NCBI GenBank assembly: GCA_965204375.1 | Contig: OZ241986.1 | Coordinates: 512,001-576,000, forward strand | From: Candidatus Latescibacterota bacterium | GTDB taxonomy: Bacteria > Latescibacterota > UBA2968 | Direction of reading: 5' to 3' | DNA: 64,000 nt | Shown here: in pieces, positions 51,519 through 59,762 of the stretch | How the letters are laid out: every line of letters starts with the position of its first letter | Position numbering within the stretch: the first letter of the stretch is position 1 | The notes under the pieces: model-generated | Seen by the model: only the letters and a program-made list of their open reading frames with translations | The model's database searches: none | What the model was told of the DNA's origin: nothing | Position numbers and translations under genes: made by a program

Positions 51519-52637
51519 TCAGATGATCTCCCTTTCCGGACCCAGCCGATTGTAAAACTGGGGGATATAGACCTTCCGGCCCCCCTCGTTGATCGAGATT
51601 AGCGAACTGATTGCCGCAGCGCAGCTCTTTGCCGCTTCATAGACGTTGATAAATGGCAGTCTGTCGTCTAAAATCGCATCTACGAAGTCGCGGCAGTTGT
51701 GGTACGTACCGCCGCCGTGACCGGTTCTTTTGGCAACCTCGGCATCCAGTTCGAGCCCCATCAACTCCAGGGGCTCAATCTCTCCGGGGAGCCCGCCTTC
51801 TTCCTGTGCATACGCAATCCCGAGTACCCCGTTTTGCCGATCTCCTTCAACGGCTGCCCTGGTGCCGTATAGCGACTTGTAGAGGTTGCAGCCGGGCCAG
51901 GCCATTGCTTTGCAACAGGCAACCTTTACCGTCACCCCACCTGTCGTCCTGAAAATCGCCGTCTCCCAGTCGTTGACTGTCCGATATGGCGAGTAAATGC
52001 GGTTTCCCAGCCCGACCACCTCGGTGAAATCCTGCCCGATGATCCAGCGGATGTCGTCGATCGCGTGAATGCCGCCGCCGGAAGAGATGCTCTCCTGCGT
52101 CGTCGTACCGAACCCGTCCCGCCAGGTCTTCTTTCCATCTCTTACAAACAGGTACACCAGACTGTGTGTATATTCAGACTCGGCGTAGCATACCTCGCCG
52201 ATTGTGCCTTCCTTTACCAGCCGTCTCAGGGTGATCGTGCGTGGATCCCAACGGCTGTTCTGCTCCATGGCCAGCTTCAGGCCCGTTCGCTCTACCGCCT
52301 TGACGATCTCCATGCACTGGTGCAGCTTGTCGGCATTCTCCACCATCGGAATGGTCGTCAGGATGTGCTTTCCCGCCTCCAGGGCCGCCAGACACTCATC
52401 TCCGTGGCGAAAACCCGGCGTGCCCGTGCAGATGAAGTCCACGTCCTGGTCGGCCAGCAGGTCCCCGTAGTCTGTATAGACTCTGGGCACCCCGTATTCC
52501 CTGGCCAACTGGTTCGCCTTTTCCTCGTCTATATCGCACACCGCAGCGACATCCACTTCGTCGATGTAGTCGTGGAATGTCCTCAGATGCGACTCTCCGA
52601 ATCCAAGCCCCACGATCCCTGCCTTCAAGGTAGCCAT
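51519..52637 (-). CDS. Gfo/Idh/MocA family oxidoreductase
   Basis: IVGLGFG, GKHILTTIPM, YAESEYTH, GHGG, INVYEAA; paralogue of 38571-39809. Confidence 0.85.
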   Translation of the reverse strand: MATLKAGIVGLGFGESHLRTFHDYIDEVDVAAVCDIDEEKANQLAREYGVPRVYTDYGDLLADQDVDFICTGTPGFRHGDECLAALEAGKHILTTIPMVENADKLHQCMEIVKAVERTGLKLAMEQNSRWDPRTITLRRLVKEGTIGEVCYAESEYTHSLVYLFVRDGKKTWRDGFGTTTQESISSGGGIHAIDDIRWIIGQDFTEVVGLGNRIYSPYRTVNDWETAIFRTTGGVTVKVACCKAMAWPGCNLYKSLYGTRAAVEGDRQNGVLGIAYAQEEGGLPGEIEPLELMGLELDAEVAKRTGHGGGTYHNCRDFVDAILDDRLPFINVYEAAKSCAAAISSLISINEGGRKVYIPQFYNRLGPEREII

Positions 52638-52771
52638 CAATTCCCTCCGACAGATAACAATCTCAAGTCACGCAAATAAGCCCAGACAACACGATTTCTC
52701 GCCAAAGCGGACCAATCTTTCTTTCAAGTTTAACTAATTTTTATAGTTAGTTAAGTTTAATTAACTTTTAC

Positions 52772-52892
52772 TTGACATCAAAATCTGTCTTTCTGATATT
52801 GAAAGGCGCAATGCAGAGAAATTATAATATTTCTCTCATTGCTCTGGCCATTAGCTCCTCCGCGCAAGGTTTGGTAGCTAATGGCTTTTTTT
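52772..52892 (+). ncRNA. Candidate small RNA (promoter, two hairpins, U-tract) divergent from the TBDR operon
   Basis: TTGACA(52772)-17 bp-GATATT; hairpin GCAATG(C)AGAGAAAT/ATTTCTCTCATTGC; terminator GCCATTAGCT...AGCTAATGGC-T7. Confidence 0.45.
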
Positions 52893-52969
52893 ATGCGCCT
52901 TGTCGATAAATACGCTCCAAATTTTTCTATTATATCCGGGATTGCAGTGTTGCCTTAGTTCGGCTGAAC

Positions 52970-53662
52970 TTACTGCGTTCGCTTTACCCATTGCCTCAAG
53001 CCGGTGTCGAAGTGATCCCACACGGCCTGCCGCATCCCGTCCGGATCACGCGCCTTCAGGGCGAGGAAGATCCGTTCGTGGTTCTGGAAGTGTTCCAGGT
53101 CAATGCTCTCCCAGTCCCACCACTCACGGTGTGCCGTAACGAAAAATTCACTCAGCACCCGTCCAAGAGCCTGAGTCGCCAGATTTCCTGTTGCTTCGTA
53201 GGTCGCAAAGTGAAACGCCCAGTCGTGCGTGTAAAACTCGACAGGACGTTCTAACGCCTCCCGCATCGATTCCAGGTGTTGTCCCATCGCTTCCAGCTGA
53301 TCTTCAGTTACGCGCTCTATTACCATCTCCACAATTCCAATATCCACCGCCCGTCGCAATTCGTACATTTCTATAATCGTCTTTTTATTTATAGATGGAA
53401 CAAAGCTCAGATACTTAAACAAAGCCTGGGGGTCGAACTCTCTGACACTAATCCCATGCTTGGGACGAGCTTCCAGAATGCCTATTGCCTCTAAAATTTT
53501 GACCGCTTCTCGAACGGAGGCACGACTCACGCCAAACGCTTCTGCCATCTCCCGCTCTGTGGCCAACCTGTCTCCGGGCATCAATCCATTCTGCAAAATA
53601 TGGTTCTTGATCGCACCGATGATCCTCTTACTCAGGTTTTCTTTTTCAATGCTATTAAACAA
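52970..53662 (-). CDS. GntR family (FadR subfamily) transcriptional regulator
   Basis: PGDRLATEREMAEAFGVSRASVREA wHTH; FCD domain ELRRA...DWAFH....TGN...H..I..AL...D. Confidence 0.92.
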   Translation of the reverse strand: MFNSIEKENLSKRIIGAIKNHILQNGLMPGDRLATEREMAEAFGVSRASVREAVKILEAIGILEARPKHGISVREFDPQALFKYLSFVPSINKKTIIEMYELRRAVDIGIVEMVIERVTEDQLEAMGQHLESMREALERPVEFYTHDWAFHFATYEATGNLATQALGRVLSEFFVTAHREWWDWESIDLEHFQNHERIFLALKARDPDGMRQAVWDHFDTGLRQWVKRTQ

Positions 53663-53752
53663 AGCCCATTCTCCCGACCTTTCCTTGTATTTCCATTGTA
53701 CAGATATTTATGACTTTTTCACTCTGTTGATCCAATCATATTATTATATGAT

Positions 53753-53771
53753 ATAATGGTCTGACCATTAT
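53753..53771. promoter_or_regulatory. FadR-type operator (autoregulatory)
   Basis: Perfect palindrome ATAATGGTC-T-GACCATTAT, matching the FadR-subfamily TGGTCnGACCA core. Confidence 0.8.
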
Positions 53772-53800
53772 TGAAAATAATATTCTCAATCAATAACAAT

Positions 53801-53829
53801 AATATATTTTGTTCTCAGCCCCTAGTCAA
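53801..53829 (-). promoter_or_regulatory. Sigma70-type promoter of the gntR gene
   Basis: Minus strand TTGACT-17 bp-TATATT; the operator lies just downstream. Confidence 0.6.
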
Positions 53830-53875
53830 GAACTTTTTGGTTCATGCAGGCGTCGGGATGAAAAATGTTTGAGCA

Positions 53876-55552
53876 TCAGGTTGCCGAGATAACGGGAAAT
53901 ACGATGTGAGACGGATACCGTCTCGAGTGATGTACGGTCTGCTGGGCCGGACGCATCTCCGTATCGGTGCCGAATTCGTGGCCGGTATTTGGGTTGCGGT
54001 CGAAGCGAGGGAAGTTGGACGAGGAAATTTCGACACGGATGCAGTGGCCTTTCCGGAACACGTTGCCGGTGACACTGAGGTCGATTTCGTATTCGTAGAT
54101 CCGGTTGGGTTCGAGCAGGGTCGGGTTGGTAAGGCTTTCGCGGTAGCGAGCACGCAAGATGCCGTCGCAGAGGTTTTTGGCGTAACCAGTAGGGGAGACA
54201 TCTACCAGCTTGGCTGTCCAGTCGGTGTCCGGGCCGTCGGTAGCGGCGTAGAGCACGGCTTTGATTGGTCCGGTGACTTCCATGTCGGCCTCCAGGGGAG
54301 CCGAGGTGTAACAGAGCACATCGCCGCGCATCTCGACCGGGCGCTGATCGTAGGGACCCCAGGGCACGATGTGGGGCGAGCAGCAGTTGTTACCACCCAG
54401 GGTTTGGACGGGGTACCGAGGGTCGTAAACAAAGTGGTCCGGGGTGTCTCCTTCTGGGAGAGTGGGAGACAGGCTCCCGTCGCCGAGCAGGCTGTTGGCA
54501 CTGCCGCAGGAGTGGAGGTACCATTTCTGCCACCGGGTGCGCGCCAGGGGCCATTCGTTTTCATCGCGCCATTCGTTGGTGCCCATGATGAAGAGGCGCA
54601 GGGGCGGCTCATCTACGATGCCGTTGTCGATGCCTTTGAGCCAGTAGTCAAACCAGCGCAGTTCCAGGGCTTCTAAGTCCACCATGGAGTGAGCGCCGAA
54701 GTCGATGTCGCCTGTTCGGGAAGAGGCGCTCAAGATGTGGGGCCACGGCCCGACGATGAGCTTGCTCTGCCGGGCTTCGGGGGTGCGGCCGTGCTGCCGC
54801 AGGCCATTGAAGTTGGTGAAGGTGTTTGCGGCGTAGAGGTCATACCAGCCGCCCATGTTGAATGCGGGAACGGCGATGTCGCCCCACCGATTTTCGTCAT
54901 TGATTTCGTCCCAGTAATCGTCGTAGGCGGCGTGTTGAACCCAGTCTTTCCAGAAGCCGAGGTCGCGCCCAGCCTGTTCGTCCATTTCTATGAGGGGGAG
55001 GTAACGAAAGGCTTCAGTCCAGTTGTGGTATTCGATGCTCTGGGCAGTGCGGGCGGTGGTGCGCATGCCCCAGGTCATGAGGACATTGAGTTGAAAGGCA
55101 CCACCGGGATAGACCAGCCCGCTGAAGTAGTCGCAGCAGATGACGCGAGGGGCAAGGCAGGTGAGATACTGGCTTCTGTGCGGGGCGCTTTGCCATTGGA
55201 CCAGGCCCAGGTACGAAGCACCGGCCATACCAATTTTACCGTTGCTCCATTCCTGACGGCCGATCCATTCCTGGGTGTCGTAGCCGTCTTTGCCTTCCCG
55301 GAAAGGGTAGTCGTTGCCCTCCGAGTCCCAGCGACCGCGACAGTCCTGCATCACACAGGCGTAGCCGCAGTTGGCCAGCTGCCGGGCTTTTTCGATCATG
55401 ACATCGGTGTTATTGCTGTAGGGGGTACGCATCAAGACAGTGGGAAATTTTCCCGCGGCTCTGGGGAGGTAGATGTCAGCGGACAGATTAACTCTGTCCC
55501 GCATCGGGACTTTTTCGTCCAGCCGCATATCTACGTCGTAATTGGGTTCCAT
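53876..55552 (-). CDS. CocE/NonD family hydrolase (S15-like)
   Basis: VPMRD, RTPY, QDCRGR..SEG, WSNGKIG..GASYLG, GGWYD, GPWPH, SSSNFPRFDRN; start ATG 55552. Confidence 0.9.
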   Translation of the reverse strand: MEPNYDVDMRLDEKVPMRDRVNLSADIYLPRAAGKFPTVLMRTPYSNNTDVMIEKARQLANCGYACVMQDCRGRWDSEGNDYPFREGKDGYDTQEWIGRQEWSNGKIGMAGASYLGLVQWQSAPHRSQYLTCLAPRVICCDYFSGLVYPGGAFQLNVLMTWGMRTTARTAQSIEYHNWTEAFRYLPLIEMDEQAGRDLGFWKDWVQHAAYDDYWDEINDENRWGDIAVPAFNMGGWYDLYAANTFTNFNGLRQHGRTPEARQSKLIVGPWPHILSASSRTGDIDFGAHSMVDLEALELRWFDYWLKGIDNGIVDEPPLRLFIMGTNEWRDENEWPLARTRWQKWYLHSCGSANSLLGDGSLSPTLPEGDTPDHFVYDPRYPVQTLGGNNCCSPHIVPWGPYDQRPVEMRGDVLCYTSAPLEADMEVTGPIKAVLYAATDGPDTDWTAKLVDVSPTGYAKNLCDGILRARYRESLTNPTLLEPNRIYEYEIDLSVTGNVFRKGHCIRVEISSSNFPRFDRNPNTGHEFGTDTEMRPAQQTVHHSRRYPSHIVFPVISAT

Positions 55553-55605
55553 GGGAACTCCTTTTGACATGTCTCCATTAGTGGTTGCTTTATGAATCAT
55601 CCCGA

Positions 55606-58137
55606 CTAATACTCCTTTGAGTCACGCCTGTTTTGTGACCGTCTTCCGTAGTGGAAGCCGACCTCGCGGGTAGCCGTCTCACCACTCACCAGATCCGTGA
55701 TTGTCACTTCCAGGACGTTGATACCGGGTTTGGTCTTGCTCAAATCCAACTCTATATACTCATTTTCACTCGATTCCGATCCGATTTGCTCGTAGGTCAC
55801 TGAGACCTGAGGCTTCTTGCTCCTGAGGAGGGATCGGAACCCGGAGGCAACCATTCCGACGATCCCCACCGAACCTTCGGGGCTGAACCGGACCAGATAT
55901 TGCACCTTGTAGCGGGTCTGACCGAAAGCGTCTTTATTCAGGTTGTAGATCTCGAAATAGGCATAGACCTTCTGGTCCAGTTTGTAGGCACGAGAGGGCA
56001 TCGGCACCACCCAGATATTGCCCTTCCGAAATCTGATGTTCGATCCTTTATCGCCAATGGTAGAAGCGAGCTCGATGTCGCTCATCTGGAGCGTCATCGA
56101 CCGATAGTCCTTGACCTCCAGCGACTGTTTATAGACCCCGATGTGCCCTGCGACCAGGTCTTTGAGTTGAACCTGGAGTTCGTATTTTCCAGGCGGCACC
56201 TGGACTCGGAGCATGTCGGGGACAAATGTCCCCTTCGCCCAGTTGGATTCTCCGGTGTTTCGATAGGAGAACGTATCTGTCGTTCGGTAGATGTTGGTGT
56301 GGCCTTCGTCCGCCAGAGCCAGTGATCCCTGCACATGGACCATAGAATCCGTGTCCCTTTCGACAAATTCTAACTGTTTGGGTGAAATGCCGTAATAGAC
56401 TTCGAGCGTGGTTTGCCCATCGGGGCCTCGGAAGTCGGCCAGGTCATAGTAGAAGTGGAGGGCAGGGCCTCGGAGGCTGGGACGGTAATAGTCCGGGGTT
56501 GTGACAACAGTCCTTTCAAAGACGAGTTTGGGCGCATATTCGGGCATTCGCGCCGTGTATTTCAATTGTCTTTGTCCGGCGGGAATCGGGGGGAGCGGGG
56601 CAAAGTCATAGGCGCGATTGCCCAGTTCGTCGGTAAAGGTAAACTCGATGCCGTTCCGGATTTGTGTATAAGTCCAGGTCTCCCAGGGCACCGTATTGAC
56701 CTCGTTGTCGATTGTGAGGGGCGCATAGCCCTGGAAATTGAGCCGAGTCTTCAGATCCAGGATATCGTCGGAGAGGCTCCCGAGTTCGTCTTCTTCTTGA
56801 GGAGTGGGAATATTCTGCAACATAAGGCGATCCAGATCCGAATCCGTCGATCCCGAAAGTGCTTCAACATTCTCATCATCCAGGGTGGGATCTCCAGCGG
56901 CTGTCCCTTCAGCCATCTGACGGGGGTCAACGGCGATGTCATCGGACAGAGCGTCACGGCGCGTCCGGACCGGGAAGACTGGTCCGGTAAAGGTCAAATA
57001 GTTGGCCTCGGGGCCATACATATCCACAGCCATCCGGGTGCGCACGGCCTCAACTTCGGCACTCACACTGAGTTGCCTGAGGTCGGACCGAGATCGGTAG
57101 TCGGGTTCCCCATAACGGATATAGACCTCTCCCCGCCGGTCCCAGGGGTGGGTCCCCTCCGCGAAGAAGGTGCGGGCATGCCACACCCGGCGGTAGTGCT
57201 CGATGATACGCTCGTTGACCGGGGTCAGGATATCGGAATCCCGACGCACCCAGAACTGATCCAGATAGGCCTGGCGCTCTGCAGCTTCAGCGATAGCCCG
57301 ATAATTGTCGAGTTCCTTCTTGGAAGCTACGAGTGAGATATCCGTATAGAGCTGGCGCTCTCTATCGTCCAGGTTCTGTAGATAGCGTTCGAAGTGTTCC
57401 AGGGCGGATTCGAAGCGCTCATGGAAGAAATAGCCCTGGGCCACCAGAGGCAAGAGCCGGAACTCCTGGGGATTGGCCTCCAGATAAGGGGTGAGGTGGG
57501 TATTAATTTTGTCATATTGCCTGGCCTGTACGCAGGAAAGCCCGAAAGCGTAGAGGCCATCCGGGTCATCGGATTCCAGTTCAACGTATTTTGAATAGTA
57601 TCCAATCGCCTTTTGGTGGTCCTCCCGAAAGTGTTCGTAGGCCTCTCCGAGAAGCCAGTAGGCCGGGGCGTAGGTCGAATCGATCTTGGCCGCCCGCTTC
57701 CCCTCGCCCACAGCACGTCGGAAATTGTAGAAGGCCGCCAGTCCCTTGCCAGGCATTTTGACGTGGACCAGCCCCAAACCCACGCGGGCATCGGGAAGGT
57801 TGGGATCGAGTTCCCTGGCCGTCGCGAAGGCATCTTTGGCTACCTCAAAGTCTTCCTTCTTGAGGGCAGCGTAGCCGAGCCGGATCTGGAGAGTAGCGTC
57901 TTTCGGGTATGCTTCGGCCAGGTGGGCAAAGGTATCAACGGCCCTGCTAAACTCGCTCGCTCGCACCTGCTGCTCCCCCAGGGCGACCATAGAGTCCCGC
58001 GCGGATTTGGAGATGACTTGTGGTGCCGCCTCGGACGGTAGATCCTGGGCAGAGACGGCAAGTGTGAGGATCCAGATTGACGTCCAAAAGGAGACCAAAG
58101 AGAAAGTAAAACGCCGAAATTCGACAGAAACGCTCAT
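55606..58137 (-). CDS. GWxTD-domain protein with N-terminal TPRs
   Basis: Signal-like N-terminus, TPRs, FW..RD..ILTPVNE...EHYRRV, WDRRGEVYIRYGEPD, WETWTY. Confidence 0.75.
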   Translation of the reverse strand: MSVSVEFRRFTFSLVSFWTSIWILTLAVSAQDLPSEAAPQVISKSARDSMVALGEQQVRASEFSRAVDTFAHLAEAYPKDATLQIRLGYAALKKEDFEVAKDAFATARELDPNLPDARVGLGLVHVKMPGKGLAAFYNFRRAVGEGKRAAKIDSTYAPAYWLLGEAYEHFREDHQKAIGYYSKYVELESDDPDGLYAFGLSCVQARQYDKINTHLTPYLEANPQEFRLLPLVAQGYFFHERFESALEHFERYLQNLDDRERQLYTDISLVASKKELDNYRAIAEAAERQAYLDQFWVRRDSDILTPVNERIIEHYRRVWHARTFFAEGTHPWDRRGEVYIRYGEPDYRSRSDLRQLSVSAEVEAVRTRMAVDMYGPEANYLTFTGPVFPVRTRRDALSDDIAVDPRQMAEGTAAGDPTLDDENVEALSGSTDSDLDRLMLQNIPTPQEEDELGSLSDDILDLKTRLNFQGYAPLTIDNEVNTVPWETWTYTQIRNGIEFTFTDELGNRAYDFAPLPPIPAGQRQLKYTARMPEYAPKLVFERTVVTTPDYYRPSLRGPALHFYYDLADFRGPDGQTTLEVYYGISPKQLEFVERDTDSMVHVQGSLALADEGHTNIYRTTDTFSYRNTGESNWAKGTFVPDMLRVQVPPGKYELQVQLKDLVAGHIGVYKQSLEVKDYRSMTLQMSDIELASTIGDKGSNIRFRKGNIWVVPMPSRAYKLDQKVYAYFEIYNLNKDAFGQTRYKVQYLVRFSPEGSVGIVGMVASGFRSLLRSKKPQVSVTYEQIGSESSENEYIELDLSKTKPGINVLEVTITDLVSGETATREVGFHYGRRSQNRRDSKEY

Positions 58138-58393
58138 CGTACACCTCCAGTCTATACACCACCGGGATCTTGACTGTAAAGGTGGATCCTTCTTCAACTA
58201 CCATTACATCTACGGAACTTTAGAACAATATAAGGTTTGCTAACAGGAGAAGTCAAGCGGCAGGTACGATCCGATCTCGTTATATTGCTGTGTCCTCACG
58301 AAGTTAAAAAAACTCCTTTTGAAATTTTTTAAAAAAAGCTAACTTAAACCAAAGACTGTCAGGTCGGGTTTTTTATAAGTAGAGGAGGAGGGG

Positions 58394-59584
58394 ATGCAGA
58401 AGCTCATTGTTTCACGAGATGACGAAATCTATGAGGCTTTCGCCGACATTGCCCGGACGCCGGACGGTATCCTCGTCTGCACTTACCGCGAGAGCATGGC
58501 TCATGGTCCCTGGCCCTTTTCGCGGATCGTAGTGCGCCGCAGCGAGGACGGTGGCTACACCTGGCAGCCCAAGCAGGTAGTCATTGAGAAGGATGGTGAG
58601 AAAGGGGAAGGGCGGCTGAACTGTTCCCGCATCACAGTCTGCCGGAATGGAACCCTGTTGCTGATCGTAGATTTCTACGTGCCTGGTCGGGACTGGTTGG
58701 TGAATCCGGTCGAGAACCTGCTGTTCTGGAGCAGTGATTCTGGCCGGACATGGGAGGGGCCTATGGAGACGGGCATCACCGATGGGATCGTGCCTTCCAC
58801 AAAGGAGTTGTCCAACGGCGACCTGCTCGTCGGTGTGACTCGCCAGCGTTCTACGGATGGAAGACGCTCCGGCCTGACCGAAGAGCAGACAATCTATCGT
58901 TCCGACGACGGTGGTCGAACCTGGGAGGGACCCTCAGTGGTTCCAGCTCCGCCTTACCTGCGGCTGAATGAGGGTGACTTCGCTGAATTGGACGACGGCA
59001 CGGTGGTCTGCTACATGCGTGAAGATGGGGAGCGGTTCACGGGTTGGAAGAGTATTTCGAACGACAGTGGTCGCACATGGTCTGAAGCCTTTCGCAGCCA
59101 GATGCATTCCTGCCTGGGCCGTCCATCGGTCGGCCGGGTTCGGTCTGGCGAGATCGTTGTCACCTACCGCTTCTATTCTGCGGTATCCACCAGCCTGGCT
59201 CTGTATGTAGAGACTACCGCCGAGGCGGTTCGCCGAGACGATCCGAACCCGAATGATTACGTGACCGACTATCGCCAGGCCAGGTTTGCCTTTCTGGACA
59301 ATGACCGCAGCCTTCACCCCGATAGCGGTTATTCCGGGTGGGTGCAACTCCCCAGTGGCGATCTGTACGTGGTCAACTACATTACCGATGACGCTCCCCG
59401 GGCTTTTATTCGGGGCTACATTGTCTCTCGCCATGATTGGTTCCTGTTCCCGGAAGGCGCTGTGCCGTGGCTGCCCCCATCCTCCTCCCAGCCCTATGTG
59501 GAGTTGTCCGCCGAGTGGGCCCGGAAGCAGCATGAGCGCAACCGAACGCAGGACTGGTCGCGCTATGTGCCAACACAGAAGTAA
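58394..59584 (+). CDS. BNR/Asp-box beta-propeller (sialidase-family) protein, no signal peptide
   Basis: SEDGGYTW, SSDSGRTW, SDDGGRTW, SNDSGRTW Asp boxes; DSGYS; GAGGAGG RBS. Confidence 0.75.
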   Translation: MQKLIVSRDDEIYEAFADIARTPDGILVCTYRESMAHGPWPFSRIVVRRSEDGGYTWQPKQVVIEKDGEKGEGRLNCSRITVCRNGTLLLIVDFYVPGRDWLVNPVENLLFWSSDSGRTWEGPMETGITDGIVPSTKELSNGDLLVGVTRQRSTDGRRSGLTEEQTIYRSDDGGRTWEGPSVVPAPPYLRLNEGDFAELDDGTVVCYMREDGERFTGWKSISNDSGRTWSEAFRSQMHSCLGRPSVGRVRSGEIVVTYRFYSAVSTSLALYVETTAEAVRRDDPNPNDYVTDYRQARFAFLDNDRSLHPDSGYSGWVQLPSGDLYVVNYITDDAPRAFIRGYIVSRHDWFLFPEGAVPWLPPSSSQPYVELSAEWARKQHERNRTQDWSRYVPTQK

Positions 59585-59710
59585 GGATCGGAATTCCGAG
59601 TGTCCAGCGGTTGGCGAGAAATACAGAGAATAATGTCAAAAAAGTTCTCCGAGCGAATGCGCCGCTCAAGAATAACACAGTAATTGATTTGCCATTATTT
59701 GCAATGCAGG

Positions 59711-59743
59711 TCCTCGTCAGGTGCGCTATCTGGCGGGGATTTT
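59711..59743 (+). terminator. Hairpin with short U-tract upstream of the SBP gene
   Basis: TCCTCGTCAGGT-GCGCT-ATCTGGCGGGGA-TTTT, 12-bp stem with G-U pairs valid only on the + strand. Confidence 0.5.
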
Positions 59744-59762
59744 CTATACAGGGGTGGGAATA

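Noticed and set aside
58408-58423. parS site near parB (TGTTTCACG...)
   Set aside because: Only half of the TGTTTCACGTGAAACA palindrome matches and it lies within a CDS.
59585-59745. Known riboswitch upstream of the SBP
   Set aside because: I could not match a TPP, cobalamin, SAM, FMN or c-di-GMP consensus by eye; only the hairpin is supported.
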